Assembly: GCA_963765495.1 (NCBI GenBank)
Contig: CAVXWP010000001.1
Span: 1,248,715-1,312,714, forward strand
Direction: 5' to 3'
Length of the DNA stretch: 64,000 nt
DNA from: Blastocatellia bacterium
GTDB taxonomy: Bacteria; Acidobacteriota; Blastocatellia; UBA7656
Notes under the pieces: generated by a model
The model's input: only the letters and a program-made list of their open reading frames with translations
Database searches by the model: none
What the model was told of the DNA's origin: nothing
Made by a program: the position numbers and the translations under genes
Part shown: one piece after another, positions 1 through 11,217 of the stretch
Numbering within the stretch: position 1 is the stretch's first letter
How the letters are laid out: the number at the start of each line of letters is the position of its first letter

Positions 1-17
1 CGGAGCGCGATGAGAGA

Positions 18-1229
18 GTGAAAATGAAAATCGCCATCATCGCAACACATCCCATTCAATACCATATCCCGTGGTTTCAGAGACTGGCGAAACAGGAACA
101 GATAGAGCTTAAAGTCTTTTACGCTCTCTTACCAAGCCCCGAAGATCAGGGCGTTGGTTTTAATATTCCGTTTGCATGGGATATTCCCATGCTTGAGGGC
201 TATGACTGGGCGATAATTCCTAACCGTAGAAAGTCGCCGTCGCTGAGAGGTTTTTTTGCCAGCAGCACGCCCGCGATCAAATCGCTTCTGGCCGAATTCA
301 AACCCGACGCTGCGATCATAACCGGCTGGCAGTCGCTGCCGATGCTACAGGCTCTGTGGGCGTGCAAGAGACTCAATATCCCGCGTATAGTTCGAGGCGA
401 TTCTAATGCTATGCGTGCAAGGCCCAGACTCGTGCGATTGCTGCACCGTGGTCTTCTGCGTCACTTTGATGCTTTTCTTTCTACTGGAAAGGCCAATAAA
501 GAGTTTTATATTCAATACGGCATAGATTCGAAGCGCATTTTCTCAAGCCCTCATTTTGTAGACAATAAGAGATTTCAGGAACAATATGATCAGGTAATCA
601 CCGAACGCGCCGCGATCCGAAAAGGATGGGGGGTGACCGTTGGCCACACCTGTTTTCTTTACGCGGGAAAACTTGAGCCTAAAAAGCGCATTATGGATTT
701 GCTTGAGGCGCTTGATATAGCGCGCTCGACCGCGCCCGCAATTCACCTGCTCGTTGCGGGTACGGGCGAATTGATGGATGAAGCCCGCCAGCTTGTGGAA
801 AACAAAAAACTGTCTGTTACCTTTGCCGGTTTCTTGAACCAGACCGAAATTACCCGCGCTTATGCGGCTGCCGATTGCCTCGTCCTCCCTTCGGATTTCG
901 GAGAGACCTGGGGGCTTGTCGTAAACGAAGCCATGATTTGCGGGCGACCGGCGATTGTCAGCGACCGCGTGGGCTGCGGGCCTGATCTGGTTGAAGACAG
1001 TGTGACAGGGGCCATCTTCCCCTGCGGCAATATCAATGCTCTCGCAGATAGACTGATAGAGATGGCATCCGACCCGGCACATCTTATCTTTATGGGTGAA
1101 CGCGCCAGAGAGAGAGTACAAAACTATTGTGTCGAAAAGGCAGTGAAAGGTATATTACAAGCAGTCGAATATGTGACAGAAGAGCGCCGAGAAGAGTATC
1201 AGCTTGAGTCTCACTTAAGCCGTAAGTAG
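18..1229 (+). CDS. Glycosyltransferase, GT4 (GT-B fold) family
   Basis: 403-aa ORF. The C-terminal half carries a GT4 E-x7-E type motif (PSDFGETWGLVVNEAMICGRPAIVSD). It is the first gene of a same-strand sugar-biosynthesis run. The start could instead be the ATG at 24. Confidence 0.8.
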   Translation: MKMKIAIIATHPIQYHIPWFQRLAKQEQIELKVFYALLPSPEDQGVGFNIPFAWDIPMLEGYDWAIIPNRRKSPSLRGFFASSTPAIKSLLAEFKPDAAIITGWQSLPMLQALWACKRLNIPRIVRGDSNAMRARPRLVRLLHRGLLRHFDAFLSTGKANKEFYIQYGIDSKRIFSSPHFVDNKRFQEQYDQVITERAAIRKGWGVTVGHTCFLYAGKLEPKKRIMDLLEALDIARSTAPAIHLLVAGTGELMDEARQLVENKKLSVTFAGFLNQTEITRAYAAADCLVLPSDFGETWGLVVNEAMICGRPAIVSDRVGCGPDLVEDSVTGAIFPCGNINALADRLIEMASDPAHLIFMGERARERVQNYCVEKAVKGILQAVEYVTEERREEYQLESHLSRK

Positions 1230-1243
1230 TCTGAAACCCTGAA

Positions 1244-2455
1244 ATGGAAAAGAAAAAAGTCATTCACGCATGGTTGCCCGACACGGCTTTCAAGGGAGGG
1301 ATTCAAGCCTTCTCGCGCGATTTCCTGAAGGCTTTAAACCAGAGCGCCCCTGATGCGCAAAAGATCGTTCTGATCAAGAATGATCTTCCCGGAGGACTAT
1401 GGCAGATCAGGGGCTTTGAGTACAGATGTTTCGGGCGCTGGCCAAAGCCTCTGCGCACGCTCTTTTTTGCATTGGGCCTGTTGAGAACGGCCTTTTTTCA
1501 TCGCCCTCAGTTGATCATCGTAGGTCACGCAAATTTCGCCATCGTGGCCTCGTTTCTCAACTGGCTTTTAGGCATTCCCTACTGGGTGATCATATATGGA
1601 ATCGAAGTGTGGGATGAAAACGGGGCGAGAGTAGCATCCGCCCTGCATTCTGCCGACAGATTACTTGCTATCAGCAGGTTTACGCGGGATAAGGTGATCG
1701 AGCAACAGGGGATTGACCCCGAACAATTCACACTCCTTCCGACCACTTTCGATGAGACACGTTTTCTACCCGGCCCAAGACCCGAGGCCTTGATGGACAG
1801 GCTGAATCTGATGCGGGAGAAGCAGATAATATTGACGGTCTCTCGTCTGGCGGGCGAGGAACGCTATAAGGGATATGATCAAATTCTGAAAGCGATGCCC
1901 GCAATTCTCCGGGCGGTTCCCAATGCTCACTACATACTTGTAGGGAAGGGCGAAGATAAAGACCGCATCCGTCAGTTGATCGCAGAACTGGGTATCGAAG
2001 AGCACGTGACGCTCGCCGGATACGTACCCGTAAGGGAACTGGTCGATTATTATAACCTGTCGCATGTCTTTGCTATGCCAAGCAAGAAAGAAGGATTCGG
2101 AATAGTGTTTTTGGAGGCGCTCGCCTGTGGAAAGCCGGTGGTTGCGGGCAACCAGGATGGATCGGTTGATGCTCTGTGTGACGGCAAACTTGGCGTGCTG
2201 ATCAACCCCGATGACGTGGACGAAATAGCCGGGGCCCTCATAGAGATTTTGCAACGTCGATACCCCTTGCCGATCATTTATTCGCCCGATGCGCTTCGGG
2301 AAAAAGTATTAGAGATTTATGGGTTCAATCGCTTTACTCAAACTCTAAAAGAGAATCTCGATGATTTCTTTGGGTTGCTTGATGATCGTGCTGATTATGC
2401 TTCTGAGCAATCGCGCAGATTAAGCTCGCCCGCGCCGCCGCCCGGAACACGATAA
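1244..2455 (+). CDS. Glycosyltransferase, GT4 family
   Basis: 403-aa ORF with GT4 motif PSKKEGFGIVFLEALACGKPVVAGNQDGSVDAL. Tightly packed with its neighbours. Confidence 0.8.
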   Translation: MEKKKVIHAWLPDTAFKGGIQAFSRDFLKALNQSAPDAQKIVLIKNDLPGGLWQIRGFEYRCFGRWPKPLRTLFFALGLLRTAFFHRPQLIIVGHANFAIVASFLNWLLGIPYWVIIYGIEVWDENGARVASALHSADRLLAISRFTRDKVIEQQGIDPEQFTLLPTTFDETRFLPGPRPEALMDRLNLMREKQIILTVSRLAGEERYKGYDQILKAMPAILRAVPNAHYILVGKGEDKDRIRQLIAELGIEEHVTLAGYVPVRELVDYYNLSHVFAMPSKKEGFGIVFLEALACGKPVVAGNQDGSVDALCDGKLGVLINPDDVDEIAGALIEILQRRYPLPIIYSPDALREKVLEIYGFNRFTQTLKENLDDFFGLLDDRADYASEQSRRLSSPAPPPGTR

Positions 2456-3645
2456 TGAGAGTGCTTCATACAATCCCCTCCCTGTCTCCTCGCGACGGAG
2501 GCCCAAGCTTTGCCTTGCCTGTGATTGCCGGAGGGCTTCACAGGGCGGGGATTCAGGTGGATGTGGCGGTGACAGATGATGATGGACGAGGAGGCCACCT
2601 CGATGTCTCTCTCGACAGGCCCGTCAACCGCGATGGAGTGAATTACTTTTACTTCAGGCGGCAGTCGCGCTTTTATAAAACTTCGTGGTCGATGACCGGC
2701 TGGCTTTCGCGCCATATCCGGCAATACGACCTCGTTCATATACACGCGCTCTTCTCTTATTCGAGTACGGTGGCGGCTTTTCTGGCTATGAAAAACCATA
2801 TCCCTTATGTAGTGAGACCTCTCGGGGTGCTCAACAGGTGGGGGATGCAGAACCGCCGCAGAGGGCTGAAGCAACTCTCTTTTCGCCTGATCGAGCGGCA
2901 TATACTCGACAATGCCGCCGCCGTTCACTACACGAGCCAGCAGGAAAGACTTGAGGCCGAAGAAGCAGGCGCGACCTCGCGACCCTCGGTTATTCCGCTC
3001 GGGATCGACCTCTCTGAATTTGAGCAGATGCCGGGGCCGGGCAGTTTTTACCGGAAATTTCCCGAAGCAGTTGATCGCGATATTATCCTGTTTCTTTCAC
3101 GTCTCGATGCCAAGAAGGGGCTAGACCTTTTGTTGCGCGCCTTTGCCGAAATCCAGGATCAATGCCCACAGGCATTGCTTGTTATCGCGGGCAGCGGCGA
3201 GGAAGCCTTCGTAGCCGGTTTGCGCCAACTGGCCGAGGCGTTAAAGGTTGCAGATAAAATTATCTGGGCGGGTTTTTTGAGCGGAGAGGAAAAACTCTCT
3301 GCGTTTCGGGCGGCCACTCTGTTTGCCCTGCCCTCTTATTCGGAGAATTTCGGGATCGCCGTGGTCGAGGCGCTTGCCGCAGGATTACCTTGCGTGGTTT
3401 CCGATCAGGTGGGCATCGCTTCTGATATTTCGGAGTTTGAGGCGGGGCAGGTTGTGCCGTGTCAGGCGGCCCCGCTCGCTTTAGCGTTGCGCAGCCTTTT
3501 AACAGAGCCGGACCTGCGGCGTGCTCTTGCGTTGAGAGCGTGCCGACTGGCACGTCATCGCTTTTCCGAGGAGTCGATGGTCCGCGCGCTCACTGGTCTG
3601 TACGGTCAGGTTGCGCTGCGTCCGGCTGTGGCGGTTGAAGGATGA
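2455..3645 (+). CDS. Glycosyltransferase, GT4 family
   Basis: 396-aa ORF. Its ATG overlaps the upstream stop (ATAATGA). GT4 motif PSYSENFGIAVVEALAAGLPCVVSDQVGIA. Confidence 0.8.
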   Translation: MRVLHTIPSLSPRDGGPSFALPVIAGGLHRAGIQVDVAVTDDDGRGGHLDVSLDRPVNRDGVNYFYFRRQSRFYKTSWSMTGWLSRHIRQYDLVHIHALFSYSSTVAAFLAMKNHIPYVVRPLGVLNRWGMQNRRRGLKQLSFRLIERHILDNAAAVHYTSQQERLEAEEAGATSRPSVIPLGIDLSEFEQMPGPGSFYRKFPEAVDRDIILFLSRLDAKKGLDLLLRAFAEIQDQCPQALLVIAGSGEEAFVAGLRQLAEALKVADKIIWAGFLSGEEKLSAFRAATLFALPSYSENFGIAVVEALAAGLPCVVSDQVGIASDISEFEAGQVVPCQAAPLALALRSLLTEPDLRRALALRACRLARHRFSEESMVRALTGLYGQVALRPAVAVEG

Positions 3646-4091
3646 AAATAGCCATCGTTTCTTCGTGCGGCGGTCATCTGGCCGAGATCAGAATGCTCAG
3701 ATCCGTTTATGAAAGCCACGAGCATCTGTATGTCTTGAACGACCGGGCGATATTACCGGAGGACATGGAGGGTAAAACCTTCTTTATACGACATTCGGAG
3801 CGCGACTGGCTCTTTTTTGTCAATTTGCTGGAAGCGTGGCAGGTGCTCAGAAAGCATCGCCCCGATATTATTTTGAGCACCGGAGCAGGGCCTGTGGTCC
3901 CGTTTGCGCTTGTGGGCAAACTCTTTCGAATTCCAACCGTCTATATTGAAATCTCGACCACCGTAACCCGGCCATCGCTTACGGGTCGCATCATGTATTA
4001 CCTGGCGGATAGATTCTTTTATCAGTGGAAAGAGCTTGAGACTCATTTCCCCAGAGGCACCTACGGAGGGTTGATACAGTGGTCTTTGTGA
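3642..4091 (+). CDS. Alg14-like membrane-anchoring subunit of a split glycosyltransferase (PssD/Cps14F-like)
   Basis: 149 aa. N-terminal VSSCGGHLAEIRML matches the Alg14 GGH motif. 4-nt overlap with the upstream gene, and followed by an Alg13-like partner. Confidence 0.7.
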   Translation: MKIAIVSSCGGHLAEIRMLRSVYESHEHLYVLNDRAILPEDMEGKTFFIRHSERDWLFFVNLLEAWQVLRKHRPDIILSTGAGPVVPFALVGKLFRIPTVYIEISTTVTRPSLTGRIMYYLADRFFYQWKELETHFPRGTYGGLIQWSL

Positions 4092-4570
4092 CGGTTGGCA
4101 ACGCCACTCAGGGGTTTCGACGTTTGCTCGACGCGGTGGATGATCTTGCTGACCGAGGTATCTTTGAGAACGAACCCGTCACTATTCAATCTGGTCATAA
4201 TGATGACTTTGATTCTCGATGTTGTGAAGTGCGTCAGTTTATTTCAATGGATGAATTTGACAGATTGATGGAGAGCGCAAGCCTGATTATCTGTCATGGC
4301 GGATGCACGCAATTACAGGCGATCCGACTCGGGAAAATTCCTGTAGTGATGCCGCGCAGAGAGAAGTACGACGAACACGTCAACGATCATCAGGTACAAC
4401 TCGTTCAGGCTCTGGCTGCGGAGAATCGAATCGTACCGGCTTACGAACCTGATGATTTGTCGGCTGCGATTGTCGAGGCAAGACGCCTGAACGCGCACGC
4501 GCTGCCCCCTCCGCGTTCGCCTATGGTTTCGCTTGTGGCCCGGGCTATCGAAGAGCTTGTGGCGCGCTAA
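4079..4570 (+). CDS. Alg13-like catalytic subunit (glycosyltransferase family 28 C-terminal domain; PssE/Cps14G-like)
   Basis: 163 aa beginning MVFVTVGNATQGFRRLL, the typical start of the GT28 C-terminal domain. Overlaps the Alg14-like gene by 13 nt. Confidence 0.7.
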   Translation: MVFVTVGNATQGFRRLLDAVDDLADRGIFENEPVTIQSGHNDDFDSRCCEVRQFISMDEFDRLMESASLIICHGGCTQLQAIRLGKIPVVMPRREKYDEHVNDHQVQLVQALAAENRIVPAYEPDDLSAAIVEARRLNAHALPPPRSPMVSLVARAIEELVAR

Positions 4571-4582
4571 ATCTTGTAAGCA

Positions 4583-5578
4583 ATGAATAAGAAGGCTCTG
4601 ATTTTTGGCGTGTCGGGCCAGGACGGCTCATATCTCGCCCGTTTGCTCCTGAACAAAGGTTATGAAGTCTATGGGACTTCCCGCGACGCGCAGGTAGCGT
4701 CGTTTCAAAATCTGCTCCGGCTTGGTATTCGTGAGAAGGTCAACCTCGAATCCGTCTCGCCTATAGATTTTCGAAGCGTCCTGCAAGCCATTATGAAAGC
4801 CGAGCCCGATGAAATCTATAATCTGGCGGGTCAGACATCTGTGGGGCTCTCTTTTCAGCAGCCCGTAGAGACGCTCGAAAGCATAGGACTTGGAACCTTG
4901 AACCTGCTTGAGGCAGTCCGATTCACAGGCCGCCCCATTCGGCTATATAACGCCGGGTCGGGCGAGTCTTTTGGCGATACGATTGATAAACCGGCCGACA
5001 GGGAAACACCCTTTCGCCCGCGAAGTCCTTACGCTGTGGCAAAGGCAACAAGCTTCTGGGAGGTAGCTAACTACCGCGAAGCCTATGGCCTGTATGCCTG
5101 TTCGGGTATTCTCTTTAACCACGAATCTCCCTTGAGGCCCGAGCGATTTGTCACGAAAAAAATAGTCGCTTCCGCCTGTCGCATTGCCGCCGGAAGCGAT
5201 GAGAAACTTCATCTCGGAAATATCTCGATTGAGAGAGACTGGGGCTGGGCGCCCGAATATGTCGAGGCCATGTGGCTTATGTTGCAACAGGGAGAGCCGC
5301 AGGATTATGTGATAGCAACCGGCGAATCGCATCGGCTGGAAGAGTTTGTTGATGCGGCTTTTTCCTACTTCAATCTGAACTGGCGCGAGCACACCAGCAT
5401 AGATCAAAACCTGTTCAGGCCGACCGACATTATGGTGGGAAGGGCAAATCCGTCCAACGCCAGAAAACTGCTTGGGTGGCAGGCCCGCTTTAAGATGAAT
5501 GCCGTTGTGCGAATGATGATAGAAGCGGAACTGGAAGAGACGGGTTTGCGGATTGGAAAGGGTCTTTCGAATCGATAA
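4583..5578 (+). CDS. gmd: GDP-mannose 4,6-dehydratase, short form (Pseudomonas-type)
   Basis: 331 aa. SDR glycine motif GVSGQDGSYLARLLLNKGYEVYG, PRSPYAVAK catalytic Y-x3-K, and [11 protein letters not shown], all Gmd hallmarks. Confidence 0.75.
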   Translation: MNKKALIFGVSGQDGSYLARLLLNKGYEVYGTSRDAQVASFQNLLRLGIREKVNLESVSPIDFRSVLQAIMKAEPDEIYNLAGQTSVGLSFQQPVETLESIGLGTLNLLEAVRFTGRPIRLYNAGSGESFGDTIDKPADRETPFRPRSPYAVAKATSFWEVANYREAYGLYACSGILFNHESPLRPERFVTKKIVASACRIAAGSDEKLHLGNISIERDWGWAPEYVEAMWLMLQQGEPQDYVIATGESHRLEEFVDAAFSYFNLNWREHTSIDQNLFRPTDIMVGRANPSNARKLLGWQARFKMNAVVRMMIEAELEETGLRIGKGLSNR

Positions 5579-5604
5579 GAAGCGCAAGAGTTAAGGAGGA
5601 AGGT

Positions 5605-5682
5605 TTGTACATTTTAGGAATCAATGCTTATCACGGCGATGCTTTGGCGGCGGCAGATATTTGGCTTTTGGGACGGCAATGA
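5605..5682 (+). pseudogene. Orphan 5' stub of a carbamoyltransferase gene (RBS plus about 17 homologous codons, then a stop)
   Basis: AAGGAGGA at 5592-5599 and TTG at 5605. Translation is [15 protein letters not shown], then TGA at 5680. Nucleotides 5620-5651 match 7331-7362 at 31 of 32 positions. Confidence 0.7.
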
Positions 5683-5831
5683 AGGATTTATTTCAGGCAT
5701 ACTGGTATCGCCTCCTTGTAGATATAAAAATTGATGTATTTCGCAGCGAGGAAACAGATACAGATAATCAATACGGCAAAGCCGTAACTGGTAAAAAAGC
5801 CGCAAGATGAACACGCAGCCTCTATAGAAAA

Positions 5832-5867
5832 GCCTGTGGAGCAAACCTTTCATTTACTCCACAGGCG
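5832..5867 (-). terminator. Stem-loop terminator downstream of minus-strand ORF 5913-6611
   Basis: 10-bp perfect stem, gcctgtggag (5832-5841) with ctccacaggc (5858-5867), and a 16-nt loop. On the minus strand it is followed by TTTTCTATA. Confidence 0.55.
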
Positions 5868-5912
5868 GTCACTGGATTAGGGATTTAACTTCCCTCGGGA
5901 CTGGTTCCCCCA

Positions 5913-6611
5913 TTACGGCGCTGTCGGTGGGGTATTCGAAGGCGTTGCAGGTGGCAGTTCGGGTGAAGACCTCCTGCCTTTGTGGCGCTCGACGTGACTC
6001 GCGCTCGTCCACGCCGCAAGCATCGCCGGATTGTTGCGGTATTTGTTACGAACTACCGCATTTAGCTGCTTTACATGTTTCAGCCCTTTGCCGATGACTA
6101 CATCGAGCGAGGCCGTAGCCGTTACCTGGCCTTCCCGGTCGTGGTTGCGCCCGGTAATCGCTTGCTCGAATGCCTGAATAGCCTCCTGAAGTTCGCTCAG
6201 GAAGTCTGTCGCCATTTCGCGGCGTGTAAACTCCGCAGCCAACGGCGTGGCGTCGGACAAAAAGGCTCGCGCCGAGTTCAGCAATGCCTGATCCGAAGGG
6301 TTGCGCGGAAGCCGGAACTTATTTTCAAGCCCCGGGTCTTCCAGCGCTATAGCTCGCGCAGTCAGGCTTATCGCCTCCATTTCATCCATCAACGTCTCGC
6401 GGGCCAGCGATTTCGATTCCGTCTTCTGACGGGCCGCGCCAGCCTTTGATGTTTGGGTCGAGGCCGTCGATTCGATCTCGGATACGGTTGCGCCGACATC
6501 TCCGATGAGCGTGCTGCCAAGCGTAGCCGCAGGAAAATCCGCGGCATGTGCTACGCCAAAATCGCGTACACGGCGCAGCATTTCGTATCGTCTCGATTCA
6601 TTTTGATTCAT
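5913..6611 (-). CDS. Hypothetical protein (232 aa), opposite strand inside the EPS locus
   Basis: Start moved to the ATG at 6611 (MNQNESRRYEMLRR...), preceded by AAAGGAGACACAAT. No recognisable motifs. The C-terminus is P/T-rich. Confidence 0.55.
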   Translation of the reverse strand: MNQNESRRYEMLRRVRDFGVAHAADFPAATLGSTLIGDVGATVSEIESTASTQTSKAGAARQKTESKSLARETLMDEMEAISLTARAIALEDPGLENKFRLPRNPSDQALLNSARAFLSDATPLAAEFTRREMATDFLSELQEAIQAFEQAITGRNHDREGQVTATASLDVVIGKGLKHVKQLNAVVRNKYRNNPAMLAAWTSASHVERHKGRRSSPELPPATPSNTPPTAP

Positions 6612-6738
6612 ATTGTGTCTCCTTTTGAAATACGACGCAGGCCGCCGAGGCCTACGGCTGAATATACTAAATATTGATTTTTCAATGGTTATCACACTCG
6701 ACGAGGGGGCACTCCCCCAGAAAACCGATTTTGACGAT

Positions 6739-6906
6739 TGTTTGAGCCGATTTGACGGCTGGTTTAATCGTTTTGCGCGCTTGCGAAGTTCTCTGAACGA
6801 ATGTTTGAACCGGTTTCCGCGATGTTGAAGTCATCTTTGCCGATGTTTGAGCCCGCTTTCACACTGTTGACGCCCTTTTCGACTCTGTTGAAATGAGATT
6901 TACGGT
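6739..6906. repeat. Array of eight exactly phased 21-bp degenerate repeats (TGTT(T)GA-N-TTT type)
   Basis: Units start at 6739, 6760, 6781, 6802, 6823, 6844, 6865 and 6886. Five begin TGTTTGA or TGTTGA. Confidence 0.75.
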
Positions 6907-7021
6907 TGCGCGAAACGATCTGTCCGAGCGGGTAGCCGGTTTAGGGGAATTACAGACGGTCGCGTCATCCCGTCATAATGGATAGACGGAATTAGTAAGG
7001 GAAATAACGCAAAAATGTTAT

Positions 7022-7183
7022 ATAAATCATCAGCAATTCTCGGTTTAGAAATTCTGTCTTAACAAGAAGTGAACCACGAAATACACGAAGCACACGAAAT
7101 AGAAGAATTATTCGTGTATTTAGTCTGTTTCGTGGTATATCCCGGTGCGATTTCCTCTAAACCGAGAATTGCTGATAAATCAT
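7022..7183. mobile_element. MITE-like element: 144 bp with 19-bp perfect terminal inverted repeats and a 9-bp direct (target-site) duplication
   Basis: IR-L cagcaattctcggtttaga (7031-7049) is the exact reverse complement of IR-R tctaaaccgagaattgctg (7156-7174). ATAAATCAT flanks both ends (7022-7030 and 7175-7183). There is an internal hairpin at 7073-7137 and no ORF inside. Confidence 0.7.
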
Positions 7184-7315
7184 ACAGCTTTATCCTCGTC
7201 GCTTGTCTCGATCAGGGCATCTTACGGCGGGATTCAGCCACGAATAAGCACAAATGGCCACGAACGATTTGTGCAGGCGCGTGGCCTGCTATTAGTTAAA
7301 AGGAAAGATACAGTT

Positions 7316-9106
7316 ATGATTATTCTTGGCATCAATGCTTATCACGGCGATGCTTCGGCGGCCATCATTTCAGACGGAGAGCTTATCGCCGCGATTGAAG
7401 AAGAACGCTTCAATCGCGTTAAGCATTGCGCCGGTTTCCCGGCGGCGTCTATACGCTATTGCCTGGAGGCGGCCGGTGTCAGCATCGAAGATGTCGAGCA
7501 CATAGGAATCTCGCGCGACCCGTCGGCGCACCTCCACAAAAAGATTCTGTTTGCGGCAACGCGCGCGGCTAAAAGCGTCTCGGGCTTTGATCGCGCGAGC
7601 AAAGAGGCGAGCGGTAAAAGCCCTCGCGGTATCTTTACGGCTGTGGCTGAAAGGCTCGCCAACGCCGGGCGGGTGCGCGACCTGAAAGAGGATCTGGCAA
7701 AGGCTCTGGGGGTAACAAAAAACAGCCTGCGGGCGGAATATCATAATGTCGAGCATCACGTAGCGCATCTGGCAAGCTCTTTCTTTGTTTCGCCTTTTAA
7801 CGAGGCGGCGCTCCTTTCAATAGACGGGTTCGGCGATTTCATCTCGACTATGTGGGGCATAGGCGAGGGAAATTCGATAGAAGTTCTCGGGCAGGTTGAA
7901 TATCCGCACTCGACGGGGATTTTGTACACGGCGACGACGCAGTTCCTGGGCTTTCCCTACTACGGAGATGAAGGCAAGGTAATGGGGCTGGCTCCTTACG
8001 GCAAGCCCCGTTTCATGGAGGAATTCCGCGACATAATCAGGACCGAAGAAGACGGGCACTTTCGCCTGAATTTGAACTACTTCCGCCATCACGCCGAGGG
8101 CGTAGACATGTCGTGGGACGAGGGGTCGCCGGTGATCGGGCGGATTTTCTCAGATGAATACGCGAGCCTCTTTGGCCCGCCGAGAGAAAAGAGCCAGCCG
8201 CTAACGGACCGCGAGCGCGATATAGCGGCAAGCCTTCAGCAGCGGCTCGAAGAGGTGGGATTTCATATCCTGAATCATTTGCATCAAAAGACGCGTCTCA
8301 CTGATCTCGGGCTTTCGGGCGGAGTCGCTTACAACTCGGTCCTGAACGGCAAGATACTGCTCAACACGCCGTTTCGCCGCGTCTTCATTCAACCGGCGGC
8401 GGGCGATAGCGGCACCGCGCTTGGCGTCTGCTATCAAATCTATAACGGCCTCTTGAACCGGGCGCGCAGTTTCGTTATGGAGGGCGCTTACACCGGGCCC
8501 GAGTTTTCCGATGAAGAGATACGCCGCGAATTGGAGTTGAGCGAGTTGCAGTTTGAGACGTATTCCGATAGCGAAGTCACAAAGCGCGCGGCCCGTGATA
8601 TTGCCTCGGGCGCTGTGATGGGGTGGTTTCAGGGGCGCGTGGAGTTTGGCCCTCGCGCGCTCGGCAACCGCTCGATCATCGTCGATCCGCGCCGCGCCGA
8701 TATGAAAGAGATACTCAACGAACGCATCAAGAAGCGCGAGCCGTTTCGCCCCTTCGCTCCATCAATTCTTGAAGAGCGGGTCGGAGATTATTTCGAGCAG
8801 ACGCACCCTGCTCCCACGATGCTTATGGTCTATCAGATCAGGCCCGAACGACGCGCAGAGATTCCAGCCGTCACCCACGTTGACGGGTCGGGGCGTTTGC
8901 AGACTGTAACCAGAGAGGTAAACCCGCGCTATTATCAGTTGATCTCGGATTTTTATGAGCTTACCGGCGTGCCCGTTGTGCTCAATACTTCTTTCAATGA
9001 AAACGAGCCGATAGTCTGCACTCCTCGTCACGCGATTGACTGTTTTTTGAAGACTCGAATGGATGTGCTCTATCTTGGCAATCACGCCGTTCGAAGGGCA
9101 AATTAA
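7316..9106 (+). CDS. Carbamoyltransferase, NodU/CmcH family
   Basis: Start set at the ATG at 7316 ([37 protein letters not shown], the family N-terminal signature). The 7145 start in the ORF track reads through the MITE. Confidence 0.85.
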   Translation: MIILGINAYHGDASAAIISDGELIAAIEEERFNRVKHCAGFPAASIRYCLEAAGVSIEDVEHIGISRDPSAHLHKKILFAATRAAKSVSGFDRASKEASGKSPRGIFTAVAERLANAGRVRDLKEDLAKALGVTKNSLRAEYHNVEHHVAHLASSFFVSPFNEAALLSIDGFGDFISTMWGIGEGNSIEVLGQVEYPHSTGILYTATTQFLGFPYYGDEGKVMGLAPYGKPRFMEEFRDIIRTEEDGHFRLNLNYFRHHAEGVDMSWDEGSPVIGRIFSDEYASLFGPPREKSQPLTDRERDIAASLQQRLEEVGFHILNHLHQKTRLTDLGLSGGVAYNSVLNGKILLNTPFRRVFIQPAAGDSGTALGVCYQIYNGLLNRARSFVMEGAYTGPEFSDEEIRRELELSELQFETYSDSEVTKRAARDIASGAVMGWFQGRVEFGPRALGNRSIIVDPRRADMKEILNERIKKREPFRPFAPSILEERVGDYFEQTHPAPTMLMVYQIRPERRAEIPAVTHVDGSGRLQTVTREVNPRYYQLISDFYELTGVPVVLNTSFNENEPIVCTPRHAIDCFLKTRMDVLYLGNHAVRRAN

Positions 9107-9120
9107 AAGGAATCAGGTTT

Positions 9121-11208
<2,088 letters not shown>

Positions 11209-11217
11209 TAATCTCTC

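Noticed and set aside
3548-3563. TGGCACG-N4-CGCT, resembling a sigma-54 -24/-12 element (also TGGCAC at 25963-25968).
   Set aside because: Both lie inside coding regions, the -12 element is imperfect, and neither sits upstream of a gene start.
5614-5853. 79-aa minus-strand ORF in the insert region.
   Set aside because: It has Cys/Leu/Arg/Tyr-rich low-complexity translation and no RBS. It overlaps the carbamoyltransferase stub and the terminator hairpin.
7145-7315. 57-codon N-terminal extension of the carbamoyltransferase in the ORF track.
   Set aside because: It starts inside the MITE-like element and has no family similarity. The family N-terminus ([12 protein letters not shown]) begins at the ATG at 7316.
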